Notes: generated by a model not told the origin, from the sequence alone. A stretch of 64,000 nucleotides of DNA from an uncultured delta proteobacterium (GCA_963803435.1 CAWDML010000003.1:32001-96000); one strand, 5' to 3'; positions 40,231 to 50,658 are shown, counted from the first letter of the stretch. A program made the numbers and translations.

Positions 40231-41117
40231 TCGTCGTCCGCCCAGGTTCGCTCGCGCTCCTCGCGGTCGTACATGGTCACGGACTCCATGGCGCGCAGGT
40301 ACGTCGGAAAGACCTTGTCGGCGAGGTGCTCCATCGGCTTGCCGCCGCCGATCTTGAACTTCTCCTTCTGGCCCTTCTGACCCATGCCTTCGAAGCGCGA
40401 GAGGGACTTGTTGAGGAGCTCGGCGCCCTTGAGGTTCTCGTGCACCGCGAGCCGCGTGATCGCGCCCTTTGCGTCCATCGCCACGCCAATCTCTCCCTTG
40501 AAGCCGCCGCCGTCCTCGAAGGGGAGGAAGACGACGTATCCCGACTTCTTCTTCTTATCGAGCTGGTCGAGCTTGATCGGATCCTGCGGCACGTAGGCGA
40601 GGTTGCCCTCCTCGCCGTCGAAGTCGAAGAAGGTGAAGACCGCGCTCTTTTTGTCGCTTCCCTGAAGCGACAGGCCGGAGGCGTCCTTGATCCGCTCGAG
40701 GCCGAACTTGTCGATCTCGTACTCCTTGCTGATGTACCGCGCGGCCTTGGGGAAGAACTCGTCGAGCGTCATGTGGAGCGTGCGCACGTAGGCGACGACG
40801 TCCCAGATGTCGAGGTCGTGGAGCTTGTTGCCGAAGGCGTGGTCCTTGGGCTTCTTCAGCCCCTCGCCCTTCTCGAGCTCCGAGAAGAGCTGATCGTTGC
40901 GGATCAAGTTCATGCGTCCCGAGTCGGTGAGGGCGATGCCCGTGCGGCCCCCGGCGCCCGCCTCGCCGTGGCACGCGGCGCACTCCTTCGAGTACAGCTT
41001 CTTCCCGTTGATCGCGTCGCCCACCATCACGGTGTCGCGAGCCTCGGCTCGGGCGGCGGTGAGCATCGCGAGCGCGAGTCCAATCGACGTGGTCATTCGC
41101 ATCATCTTCAGCCTCAT
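40227..41117 (-). CDS. c-type cytochrome with an additional C-terminal domain
   Basis: Signal peptide; GDAINGKKLYSKECAACHG; DIWDVVAYVRTL. Confidence 0.85.
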   Translation of the reverse strand: MRLKMMRMTTSIGLALAMLTAARAEARDTVMVGDAINGKKLYSKECAACHGEAGAGGRTGIALTDSGRMNLIRNDQLFSELEKGEGLKKPKDHAFGNKLHDLDIWDVVAYVRTLHMTLDEFFPKAARYISKEYEIDKFGLERIKDASGLSLQGSDKKSAVFTFFDFDGEEGNLAYVPQDPIKLDQLDKKKKSGYVVFLPFEDGGGFKGEIGVAMDAKGAITRLAVHENLKGAELLNKSLSRFEGMGQKGQKEKFKIGGGKPMEHLADKVFPTYLRAMESVTMYDREERERTWADDD

Positions 41118-41680
41118 TTTGTGATGATCGGCCGGCGGACGCTGCCGCCCTCGGGATCGCCGCTGCCTTCCAGCTCCTTCGGCAGCGGCCAGACGGCCAC
41201 CGGCATCTTGAGCTGGGCCGAGACGTCGTGACCCTCGGCGGTCCGGCCCTTCACCCTCAGCTGGTAGATCCCATTCTGCGTGGGCGTGAAGTGGAGGGCG
41301 TACTTACCCGCCGAGAGCGGCACGGGGTGAGCGAGGTACCGGCCCACCATCTCGCCGGCCGGGTTCGTGACCTCGAGGATCAAGCGCGCGTCCTTGAGGG
41401 GCACGCGCGTCCCGTACGTCGGGTGTGGCGTCTTCGGGATGGAGTTGGCGAAGATCAGGATCTCGGTGGTCTGGTTGGGATCCGGGATCCCAGGGGCGAA
41501 GCTCAGCGAGAACGCGTGGGTCTTGGTGGTGACCGACCAGTTCCGCGTGGCCGGCTTGGCCGTCTCCTTCTTCGCGTCGGGGTTGTCCGCGAAGGGCGGC
41601 TTCTTCTTGTCGTCACCCTCACCGGCCCCCATCAACAGGAGCGCGCCCAGGACCACGGAAGCGATGCGTGCGAGCGACAT
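41114..41680 (-). CDS. Exported hypothetical protein (possibly FixH/YtkA-like Ig fold)
   Basis: Signal peptide; AGKYALHFTPTQNGIYQLRVKG; overlaps the cytochrome start. Confidence 0.65.
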   Translation of the reverse strand: MSLARIASVVLGALLLMGAGEGDDKKKPPFADNPDAKKETAKPATRNWSVTTKTHAFSLSFAPGIPDPNQTTEILIFANSIPKTPHPTYGTRVPLKDARLILEVTNPAGEMVGRYLAHPVPLSAGKYALHFTPTQNGIYQLRVKGRTAEGHDVSAQLKMPVAVWPLPKELEGSGDPEGGSVRRPIITK

Positions 41681-41695
41681 GAATCCTCCTCCTGC

Positions 41696-42634
41696 TCAGT
41701 TGCAGGTGCCGCGTTCGGCCTCCATCTGGATGCGCATGTCGAAGTTCTCGACGGTGCGCGCCAGACCGAACGGACGGCCGTTCACGAAGAGTCCGGGGGT
41801 CGACTCGACACCGACCGACTCTCCGAGCTTCTTGTTCTGCATGACCTTGTCCCGGTGCGTGCGGTTCTCCATCGCCTTGTTGAAGGCCTGCATGTCGAGG
41901 CCGACCTTCTGGGCGTATTCGCCGAGGTTGGTCTCGGAGACGTCGAACTGGTTGTCGAAGAGCTCCTTTGCCATGTCCCAGAACTTCCCCTGCCGGCGGG
42001 CCTCCTCGGCCGCCTCGGCGGCGCGCACCGACACCTCGCCGTGGCCCGAGAGCGGGAAGTAGAAGTACTCCAGCCGGACGTCGCTGCGCCGCTGCAGCAG
42101 CGCGTCGAGCACCTCGAACGCCCCTGCGCAGTGCGGGCATTTGAAGTCCGCGAACTCGACAATCGTCACCGGCGCGTGCTCGGGTCCCTTGGCCGGCTGG
42201 TCGGTACCCTCGAGCTTCTTCGGGGGGCCGTTGAAGCCCTCGGAGAAGCCGCCCAGGATCTCGGCCTCCACGTCCTCGGTGGACGCGCCGTTCCTGTACT
42301 CGTTCATGACGAACCCGGCCATGCGCTCGGAGCAGTGGACGCACGAGCAGTCGCTGCGATTCGCCAGGCACGAGGCGACGGTCCGAGGACAGCCGCAGTA
42401 GCAGTAGGTGTCGTTGAGGATCCGGACCGCGTCGGTGCGGACCGTGGGGTCGAGCTCGCCGAGGTCGAGGCCGGGAATGTCGGTGACCGCCGGCTCGTCC
42501 TTGACCTCCGGGCTCGGCTTCGCCTTCGGCTTCGGGTCGGCGGAAGCCTCGTGTTAGGAATCGCTGTTTCGGCAGGTCGCCCCCATGACGGAGAGTCCGA
42601 GGAGCGCGACGAAGAGCGTGGGCCGAGCCGTCAT
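41696..42634 (-). CDS. DsbA-family thioredoxin-fold lipoprotein with Cys-rich N-terminal domain, disrupted near 42555
   Basis: MTARPTLF..GATC lipobox; in-frame YCYCGCPRTVASCLANRSDCSCVHC upstream of 42322; KGPEHAPVTIVEFADFKCPHC; GVESTPGLFVNG. Confidence 0.85.
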
Positions 42635-42647
42635 GGTTGGTCCCTGC

Positions 42648-43553
42648 CTAACCAGACGCTCGGGCCTGGTCAATTCTTCTTGGGTCTCGCTGTGCGCGGA
42701 GACCGCTCGGTCCACGCCGTGACCCAATCCAGCGACGAACCTCGGGATCCCGGCGCAGCGCCTCGAGATCGTCGTCCTCCACCGCCAGGGCCCGATAACG
42801 CGTCCAATCGATGCCGAGCGCAATCTGGAGCTCACCCTTGGCACGCGCGATCTGCCCCATCCGCGCATGGAGGCACGCGAGGTTGTAGAACGCATCTCCG
42901 GAGGACGGGGAGACGGCGACCGCCCGCTCCAGGATCTCGACGGCCGCCTCGAGCTCGCCCCGACGGACCCGCTCGAGCGCCTCGAGGTTCATGAGGTCGG
43001 CGCGCGTGCGGGCCAGATCGATCAACTGGAGCCCGCTCCGCTCACTTTGCGCGTAGGACACCACGAGCGTCGACGTGTTCGGGACGAGGTAGAGGGGTCC
43101 GACCTGGACGGTGGCGAGCGCCGGCATCCGCCAGATGACGATGGATTGGTTCACGCGCCGCGCCTCGAGCTGGACCAGACGCCGGCCGCCGAGCGGCGAC
43201 TGATCTCCGCGAACCAGCTCGAGGTCACCCACCCGCCAGCGATCGCCCTCCTGTGCGAGCGCGGTCGGCGCCTGAACGCCCAGCGCATCCGCGCGCTGCT
43301 TCACCCATCGCGACGCAGAGGGCGCTCGTGCGCGATCGATCACTGCAGCCGATGCACGATCTCGAGACACTCGGCGGAGGATCGCTTCGCCGTCGGTCAT
43401 CGTCTCGAGCACCAGAAGGTCGCCGCGCGGGAGAAAGCCGACCAGGCTGGTCGAATGGAGCGGCGCCGCCGGATACGGCCCTGCCGCAGGGGCCAGTGTC
43501 ATCATGATCAGCAGAGCGGTGGCCATCGACGCTACACGGGCGTCCAGGCTCAT
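42648..43553 (-). CDS. Exported TPR-containing protein
   Basis: C-terminal DAFYNLACLHARMG..AVEDDDLEALR TPR end motif. Confidence 0.75.
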   Translation of the reverse strand: MSLDARVASMATALLIMMTLAPAAGPYPAAPLHSTSLVGFLPRGDLLVLETMTDGEAILRRVSRDRASAAVIDRARAPSASRWVKQRADALGVQAPTALAQEGDRWRVGDLELVRGDQSPLGGRRLVQLEARRVNQSIVIWRMPALATVQVGPLYLVPNTSTLVVSYAQSERSGLQLIDLARTRADLMNLEALERVRRGELEAAVEILERAVAVSPSSGDAFYNLACLHARMGQIARAKGELQIALGIDWTRYRALAVEDDDLEALRRDPEVRRWIGSRRGPSGLRAQRDPRRIDQARASG

Positions 43554-43615
43554 ACCCGGAACGCTTCAGGGTGGCGACCGATATCGGCATGGTCTAGCAT
43601 CGAGCACACGGTCTT

Positions 43616-44544
43616 ATGGCGTTCGACGAGCCCCTCGACGACGAGACCAGCGCCGACGAGGACAAAACGATGGTGCATCGGGTGGACCCGATCACGCCGG
43701 AGGAGCCTGCGGATCGCTCGGCCGCGCTCATCTGTATCAGCGGTCGATCGATCGGCCAGATGTTCCTGCTCTCCAAAGAGGAGACGACCATCGGACGGGC
43801 ACCGGAGTGCGACGTCTTCCTCGACGACGAGGGCGTCTCGCGACACCACGCCAAGATCATCCGCCAGGACGAAACGCTGATCCTGATGGACCTCGGCTCG
43901 ACCAACGGCTCCTATCACGAGGGCGAGCGGATCCGGTGATGACGCTGAGCGACGGCGCCAAGGTTCAGCTCGGCACCGCCACGATTCTCCAGTTCCGCTA
44001 CCAGGACCAGCGCGAGATGCAGTTCCACGCGCTGATGCAGACCTTCAAGACGCACGACCCCATGACGGAGGCCTACAACAAGCGGGCCTTCATGACGGAG
44101 ATCGAGAAGGAAGCCGGCTTTGCCCGGCGACACGGGCAGCCGCTCTCGTTGATCATGTTCGACCTCGACCACTTCAAGCGGGTCAACGACACCTACGGGC
44201 ATCAGGCCGGGGATCTGGTGCTCCGCTCGGTGGCGCGATCGGTCATGCGGACGATCCGCAAGGAGGACATCTTCGCGCGCTACGGGGGCGAGGAGTTCGC
44301 GCTGCTCTGCCGCAACACCACGATCGAGAACGCCTTCATCCTGAGCGAGCGCATCCGCCGCAACATCGAAGAGCTCGAGGTCACCCACAACGGTCGCAGG
44401 ATCCCCTGCACCGTCTCGCTCGGGGTGGCGTCGCTCGACGACTCGGTGACCCGTCCGAGCGATCTGATCGAAGGCGCGGATCAGCGCCTGTATCAGGCCA
44501 AGCGCAAGGGCCGAAACCGCACCGAGTGCGGCCTGTTCGACTGA
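43616..44544 (+). CDS. FHA-domain diguanylate cyclase, frameshift near 43935
   Basis: FHA motifs IGR..VSRHHA..DLGSTNGS; GGDEF-domain motifs DLDHFKRVNDTYGHQAGD, RKED, ARYGGEEF. Confidence 0.9.
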
Positions 44545-44546
44545 CG

Positions 44547-45719
44547 TTAGCGACACACGTCGTTGCCGTTGGTGCCGGGCTGGCAGGTGCCGCTGGCGCA
44601 GTCGGCGTCGCTGGTGCACCAGACCACGCACTGCGCAGCGCCGCCGGCCGAGGCCGTCTCGCAGCGGGCGTCCTGGAGGCCGTCGATGCCGCAGCCCGGG
44701 TCGAGATCGCCCGGATCGAGCCGGCAGGCCTCGCCGAGGTGGCGGGTAGCGGCGCAGGTCGGGTTCGGCATCGCGTAGCTGGGACGGCACTGCATCTCGC
44801 CGTTTCTCACCGCCACACACGCGAAGCCGCTCGGGCAGACGTTCGAGGCGGCCGAGCAGTCGATCGCGCAGGAGCGATCGATGAGTCCGCCCGCTCCGAT
44901 CATCCCGATACAGAGATCGGCGGGACCCCCGCATTGCTCGTCGGTCGCGCAGGGATCGCAGAGCTCGCGCCCCAGCGGCGGAAGGCAGGTCCCGCCGCCG
45001 AGCGGGTTGCACACCTCGGCGGAGGCGCAGTCGCCGTCGCTGATACAGCCGGTGCAGACGCCGCCGGCCGCAACGTTGCAGAGATGGTGCTCCGGGTTGA
45101 GCGTGCAGTCGGCGTCCCCGGCGCACTGGACGCAGGTCGCCGAGCTCGCGTCGCAGATCTGACCGGGGCCGCAGTCCGTGTCCGCCAGGCACTGGACGCA
45201 GACGTCCTCGACGGGGTCGCAGACGCCGACCAGACCGCACTGTCCGTTGGTACACGGGAAGCGACAGACGTGGCCGTGCGTGAGGTCGCAGACCCGCTGG
45301 CCGGCGCAGTGGGTGTCGTCGTAGCAGTCGACGCAGGTGAGCGATTGGGGATCGCAGTGGCCGTTGAAGCCGCAGTCGCCGTCGGTTGTGCACTCGGGTG
45401 TGCCGCCGTCGGGGGTCGGGCCGGCGTCGGGCAGGATCCCGCCGTCATCGGCAGGGAGGCCGGCGTCGGGGCTCGTGGAGGTGGCTGCGTCGTTCAGGGT
45501 GGCGTCCATGATCGGGAGCGCGTCCATGGGGCCACCGTCGGGCGGATCATCGTGCTGGCCGGTGTCGGCGATGTCGGCGTCCTTCTCGAGCGGGCTGGCG
45601 TCGGCGTTGTTGCCGGGCATCGCGTCGTCGTCCGATGCATCCGCCCGATCGAGGCCGAAGACCTCACCGCGACCGCAAGCGGTGAGGAGCAGGAGCAGCG
45701 TCCATCCGTACCGGGTCAC
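44547..45719 (-). CDS. Cysteine-rich repeat lipoprotein
   Basis: LLTAC lipobox; D/A/P-rich linker; repeated CVxCxxDxDC units. Confidence 0.85.
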   Translation of the reverse strand: MTRYGWTLLLLLTACGRGEVFGLDRADASDDDAMPGNNADASPLEKDADIADTGQHDDPPDGGPMDALPIMDATLNDAATSTSPDAGLPADDGGILPDAGPTPDGGTPECTTDGDCGFNGHCDPQSLTCVDCYDDTHCAGQRVCDLTHGHVCRFPCTNGQCGLVGVCDPVEDVCVQCLADTDCGPGQICDASSATCVQCAGDADCTLNPEHHLCNVAAGGVCTGCISDGDCASAEVCNPLGGGTCLPPLGRELCDPCATDEQCGGPADLCIGMIGAGGLIDRSCAIDCSAASNVCPSGFACVAVRNGEMQCRPSYAMPNPTCAATRHLGEACRLDPGDLDPGCGIDGLQDARCETASAGGAAQCVVWCTSDADCASGTCQPGTNGNDVCR

Positions 45720-45773
45720 GCCATCGAGTTGCCCACCGAAACCCGCCGGAGGCCATCCTCGACTCGACGGAGC

Positions 45774-47435
45774 CTACGTGCGGATCGCGTCGACCTCGCC
45801 AGTTTCGAGCATGTTGTGGGGATCCGCAGTGTCGGTCTCGGGGAAGCGCGCCAGGGGATCGATGGGCTGACCGGAGGCGTCCCGCGGGAGCACCGCGTTG
45901 AATACGGTGGTCAGCAGCTTGTTGTGCGAGGTGGTCCCGTCGATCCAGCCGATGTCGAGATCGTAGACGTTCGCAGGGGTGTCGTTCGTCTTGATCTTGG
46001 GTCCGTTCGTCTCCGCATCGAGGCGATCGTCCCAGCGCCCGTTCGAGGAGCAGTCGAACATCTGTCCAGAGCGGAGGTAGCCGCCCGCGGTCCCGGCCAG
46101 CACGGCCGTGATCTCGATGAAGTGATGCTGCCGGCCGTCGCCGAACTCGGGCATCCAGACCACCACGCTGTCGTCGAGGAGCTGAAACTGATCGAGGAGC
46201 TGAACCAGATCGCGATAGCGGTCGCCGTACCAGTTGTCGATCCAGGACATGTTGCGCTCGACGTCCGGAAGGAAGCCGGGCTCCGCGCCGTCGCTGCCGT
46301 TCCGGTGGGAGAGCTCGTGGTGGCGCTCGCCCGGATGCCAGGTGCCGGGACCCGCGCCGGTCGAGTTGAGGCCCATCGAGCCGAACGCCGGACCGCCGGC
46401 GCCACCCGACCACTGGATCGTGGCGACCCGCGTGTGATCGCACAGGAAGGACAGCGCGATGATCTTCAGCATGGCGCCGCCGATGGCCGCGAAGTCCTCG
46501 TAGCGCCCCAGCTGGTCGTTCGAGCTGCCGTTGTAGGCGCTGACGCCGCCCTCTGGGAGCACACCGTCGCGCGCCTCGGCGGTGCACATCAGGTTCATGC
46601 CCTTCATCTCGTCTTCGGTCGACTCGAGCAGGCCGAGCCAGCTCGTGAGCAAGCGCCGATCGGATCCGCCCAGGGGCGCGCTCGTCTGGATCTCGGTCAG
46701 CTCCGCGCGCACGAGATCGGCGACTCGCTTCTTCCGCTTGACCAGATAGTCCTCGGCCGGCGAGCCGGAGCTGATCCCCATCAGACGCCGGTACGCCACC
46801 CACGGGTTGTTGATCCCCGGATCCGGATCCTCGGCCCCGCGGTAGCTGATGAAGCTGGTGCCATCGCCGTTGCGCGGGTCGGCGTTGGTGCCCACGTGGA
46901 TCACCAGCGGGATGCGCGCGCCGTCGACGACCGGGTTGATCCGATCGGCGATCGCGTAGTCGATCGACCTGCCGAGCGCCAATCCTGGGCCGGTGCCGAT
47001 CCCGGCCGCCGTCAGCCGGCAAGCCGTGTTCATGCCGTGGTCACCACCGCCGGCGAGGTCGACGAAGCCCTGGCGCGAGTTGCGGAAGCCGCGGAGCACC
47101 GAGAGGCGCTGGGCGAACGGGGCCAGGTTCCGGAGCCCCCACTCGGGGTGGCGGAAGATCGCGCGCGGCACGCCGTTGGTCAGATCGGTCGAGGTGTCGA
47201 GGGCCCGGGCCACGAAGGCGTCGGAGCTCAGGGGGCCGAACGCCGAGCTGCCGCCGCCGAAGCGGGTCCTCGGGTAGAACGTGCTCAGGTTGAAGCCGTT
47301 GGGCGTCCAGAAGAACACGGCCCGTCGGATCGGATCCATCGCCTGGGCGCGCGCGCGCGCGGCGAACATCGAGAGCGCCGGCAGGCCGACCAGCGCGCCG
47401 CCGACACCTTTGAGAAATCTCCTCCGACCGATCAT
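45774..47435 (-). CDS. DUF1552 domain protein (Tat signal)
   Basis: GRRRFLKGVGG..LPAL; FFWTPNG; SIDYAIA; CDHTRVATI; HHELSH; LLDDSVVVWMPEFGDG..H. Confidence 0.85.
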   Translation of the reverse strand: MIGRRRFLKGVGGALVGLPALSMFAARARAQAMDPIRRAVFFWTPNGFNLSTFYPRTRFGGGSSAFGPLSSDAFVARALDTSTDLTNGVPRAIFRHPEWGLRNLAPFAQRLSVLRGFRNSRQGFVDLAGGGDHGMNTACRLTAAGIGTGPGLALGRSIDYAIADRINPVVDGARIPLVIHVGTNADPRNGDGTSFISYRGAEDPDPGINNPWVAYRRLMGISSGSPAEDYLVKRKKRVADLVRAELTEIQTSAPLGGSDRRLLTSWLGLLESTEDEMKGMNLMCTAEARDGVLPEGGVSAYNGSSNDQLGRYEDFAAIGGAMLKIIALSFLCDHTRVATIQWSGGAGGPAFGSMGLNSTGAGPGTWHPGERHHELSHRNGSDGAEPGFLPDVERNMSWIDNWYGDRYRDLVQLLDQFQLLDDSVVVWMPEFGDGRQHHFIEITAVLAGTAGGYLRSGQMFDCSSNGRWDDRLDAETNGPKIKTNDTPANVYDLDIGWIDGTTSHNKLLTTVFNAVLPRDASGQPIDPLARFPETDTADPHNMLETGEVDAIRT

Positions 47436-49102
47436 TCTGCCTCCTGCATCGAGCGATAGCGGAACGCGTCGCTGGCGACGAACGCCACCATGAAGTCTTT
47501 GATCGAGGTCCCTGGCGTCCGCAGCTGCGCCGCCAGCGCCTCGCCTTCACAGCCGAGCTCGATCGAGCCGTCGGCAAACGTGAAGTCCGCGAACCGATCC
47601 ACGTAACATTCGGACGCGGTCTTCGAGGCGGCCAGCATCTCGGCGTACTGCCTCGGTCCGTCGTACGGATGGGCCTCGCCGTCGAGATAGATGGCGCCGG
47701 TCGGATCGATCGGCGCTCCGTTCTCCTCGGCGCGCGCCTGTCCGATGCCGTCGAAGAGCTCGAAGCCGTAGCCCGCGGGATTGATCAGCTCGTGGTGACA
47801 GCCGGTACACGCGGGCGCCGAGGTCATCGCGTCGATGCGTTCCCGCGTGGTCACCAGGTCGGCGCTGGCGTCGGGGAGCGGGGTCGCCTCGGCGCCGGGC
47901 GGCGGCGTGCCGATGTTCATGCAGAGCACCCGCTTCAACACGAACGCGCCGCGGAAGATCAGCGAGCCGCGGGAGAAGCGCCCGTGCGTGCCCAGGAAGC
48001 CGGCGCGCGTGAGGAGGCCGGGCCGCGTCGCGGCGTCGAGGGTCACCGGGACCCACTCGTCGGTGAAGTCGCCCTCGAGCCCGTAGATGGGAGCGAGCTT
48101 CGCGTTCACCACCGAGGTGGGCGAGGTGAAGAGATCGGCGAAGCCGCCGTCATCGTCGAACACGATCCGATCCGCGAACCGGAGCACCTCCTCGCGGAAG
48201 TCGACGTCGATCCCCGGATAGAACTCGGGGAAGAGCGAGGTGTCGCGCTGCGTGTTCGACCAGAACTGCGAGTAGGCGCCCACCATGCCGAGCCACTCCC
48301 GGTTGGCCTCGCGAACCAGCGGGCGGGCGCGCTCGGCGCCCTCGCCGGCGAGCATGCGCATCGCCTGGGCGCGCAGCCCCTCCACCGTGTCGAGGTCGCC
48401 GCGCTCGGCCGCCGCCAGGAGCACGTCGTCCGGAGGCCCGTTCCAGAGGGCATAGGAGAGGCGCGAGCCCAGCTCGTACCCCGACAGGAGGATGTGGCCG
48501 TTCTCGGTGGCGGTGCTCCGCTCCACCCGGAGGAGGAAGCTCGGCGACTGCAGGAACGCCTCGATCAGGAGCTGGATCCCCTCCTCGAACGTACCGCCCG
48601 CCGTGAGCTCCGCACGATCGGTGTAGAGCGCCGCGTAACGATCGACCTCCGCGTCGGCCAGCGGACGGCGATACGCGCGCCGCCCGAACTCCACGATGAA
48701 GGTCCGCGCGCAGGCCGAGCCGTCCCCCGAAGGCTGACAGGAGAGGAGGGCGCTCAGGTCAGCGCCGGCCGCCACGCTCTCGGCCGCCGACTCGACGCCG
48801 GCCCACAACACGGGCGTGATGCCGTCGACCTCGGGTCCCAGCTCGGCGGAAGGATGGACCTCCATCCCCATGAGGTCGCTGACGGTTCGGTCGTACTGCG
48901 CAAAGGTGAGGCGTCTCAGCCGCGGTGTCACCGGTGGTCCACGTTCCACGCACGGCGTGTTCGGATCATCTGGGTTCTGAGGATCCTGGGGATCGTGGGG
49001 TACCGCCAGGTTGGTCGGCTTGTCGTTCGACGCCGGCACACACCCAGTGCCCAGCGCCGTCAGGGCGAGCGAGGTGGCGAGGACGATCGAAGAGCGAGAC
49101 AT
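47432..49102 (-). CDS. DUF1587/1595/1592/1588/1585 domain lipoprotein
   Basis: RLRRLTFAQYDRTVSDL; FGRRAYRRPL; LQSPSFL; ELGSRLSYALW..PPD; RPGLLT; CTGCH..NPAGYGFELFDGIG. Confidence 0.88.
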   Translation of the reverse strand: MSRSSIVLATSLALTALGTGCVPASNDKPTNLAVPHDPQDPQNPDDPNTPCVERGPPVTPRLRRLTFAQYDRTVSDLMGMEVHPSAELGPEVDGITPVLWAGVESAAESVAAGADLSALLSCQPSGDGSACARTFIVEFGRRAYRRPLADAEVDRYAALYTDRAELTAGGTFEEGIQLLIEAFLQSPSFLLRVERSTATENGHILLSGYELGSRLSYALWNGPPDDVLLAAAERGDLDTVEGLRAQAMRMLAGEGAERARPLVREANREWLGMVGAYSQFWSNTQRDTSLFPEFYPGIDVDFREEVLRFADRIVFDDDGGFADLFTSPTSVVNAKLAPIYGLEGDFTDEWVPVTLDAATRPGLLTRAGFLGTHGRFSRGSLIFRGAFVLKRVLCMNIGTPPPGAEATPLPDASADLVTTRERIDAMTSAPACTGCHHELINPAGYGFELFDGIGQARAEENGAPIDPTGAIYLDGEAHPYDGPRQYAEMLAASKTASECYVDRFADFTFADGSIELGCEGEALAAQLRTPGTSIKDFMVAFVASDAFRYRSMQEAE

Positions 49103-49212
49103 GGATGACAAGGGTACCGCGCGAAAGCGCGCAGCTCGATGTGAACGCCGGGCGGGAGCTGTGGGCGCGGTCATGCTCCGAGAGATCCCGGGTGCGGTGG
49201 ACACGGAGGGCG

Positions 49213-49770
49213 ATGCTCATTCCAACGCTCGTCGCACTCACGATGCTTTCTCCGGCCGCCCGCAAAGGTTGGGCGGAAAATCACCCGATCGCGCTGGGGT
49301 CTCGAGCCTCCGGGTGGGTGGGCGATTACTCCGCACCCGGTCTCGGCGGCCACCTCAAGATCCGGCCCTTCGAGTGGGTGGGCGTGGAGGCCTTCGCGGA
49401 CAACTTCGCGATGTCGGCCCACGACACGTTCCGCCACGACCACGTGATCGGCTTCAGCCTCTTCTTTCCCAGCCTGCTCGGGAGCCGGAGCTTCTTCGTC
49501 TCGCCGACGCTCGGCAGCTGCGTCGACTTCAAGTTCCTTCACCCGCTCGACGGCGAGCGGCCCAAGACGCGCGACATCCTCTTCGGCGTCCACGGCGGCC
49601 TGATGTCCGAGCTGTTCCTCTGGCACGGCTTCGCGATCGAGCTGGACGCGACGGTCTACGCGTACATCGGGCACGACACCGGGACCGAGCGCTGGACCTC
49701 GCGGATCTCCAACAACTTCGAGGTGAGCTGGAACGGGCTGTTCCTGGGGAGCATCAACTATTGGTTCTGA
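49213..49770 (+). CDS. Hypothetical outer membrane beta-barrel protein
   Basis: GGAGG RBS; signal peptide; amphipathic strands; C-terminal NYWF. Confidence 0.65.
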   Translation: MLIPTLVALTMLSPAARKGWAENHPIALGSRASGWVGDYSAPGLGGHLKIRPFEWVGVEAFADNFAMSAHDTFRHDHVIGFSLFFPSLLGSRSFFVSPTLGSCVDFKFLHPLDGERPKTRDILFGVHGGLMSELFLWHGFAIELDATVYAYIGHDTGTERWTSRISNNFEVSWNGLFLGSINYWF

Positions 49771-50649
49771 GAGCGGCACCCTTGGCCCTGCTCGTGGCCT
49801 GCGCTCCGCTCGACGGCGCGAGCGTGGCCGAGCTCGCCGACGCGTGCGCCGGCTGTCACGTCGAGGAGGCGGAGGCGCACGCGGACTCACGGCACGCCGG
49901 CGCCGCGGAATCCGAGGTGTTCAGGGCGCTCCGCGCGCGGGCCGGCACCACGTTCTGCGACTCCTGCCACCGACAGATCACGTGCCTCGACTGCCACTCC
50001 GCCGTCGGAAACGAGGCCGTCCAGAACGGACGGATGCTCTTCGACACCGGCGGTCCGGTGCGCGGGCCCACCGGCGCGCGCTCGGCGGCGCCGCACGCGA
50101 CGCGGCGCTCGGGCTACCTGCTCAGCTCCGACCTCTGCGGGACGTGCCACCAGGTCGCGGGGCCGGCGGGCTTCCGGGAGACGCCGTTCACACACTGGAT
50201 GTCGTCGCCGGCCGCCGCGCGCAACCTGGGTTGCAGGGACTGTCACCGCACGCACCGGCGATCCGTCGATCTCGACGCCGGCGCACACATCGCCGTGGCG
50301 GGTGGCGCGCTGACGATCGATCACTCGGAGGGCGGTCATCACTTCCCCGACGGCGCCTCGTTCCTTCGCGACTTCGACGTCGTGCTCCGGCGCGAGGGCG
50401 CCGAGGTGGCCCGCTTCTCACTGGGTGCGGAGCTCTTTCTCGGGGAGACGCCCGTCGTGCTCCCGACCGACGCCGACCGTGTAGTCCTCCGCGGGATCGA
50501 GGCCGGCACGTCCCGCACGGAGGTCGTCCCCGAGGCGGATCAGGCCTGCCTGGAGGTCCGGCGCTATCGCCTCGAATCTTCTCGAGTCCCTGGGGCTGGA
50601 TCCGGCGCTCGGCGAGGTGCAGTCGCGCTGTGAGCCCGTGATATGGTGA
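49761..50649 (+). CDS. Pentaheme c-type cytochrome lipoprotein (probable frameshift near 50575; uncorrected stop at 50633)
   Basis: LLVAC lipobox; CAGCH, CDSCH, CLDCH, CGTCH, CRDCH; GHHFPDG; start uncertain. Confidence 0.8.
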
Positions 50650-50658
50650 CTCCCGGCC

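Noticed and set aside
44526-47459. 977-aa plus-strand ORF and similar long overlapping ORFs
   Set aside because: Antisense shadows typical of high-GC DNA, opposite genes with recognisable motifs.
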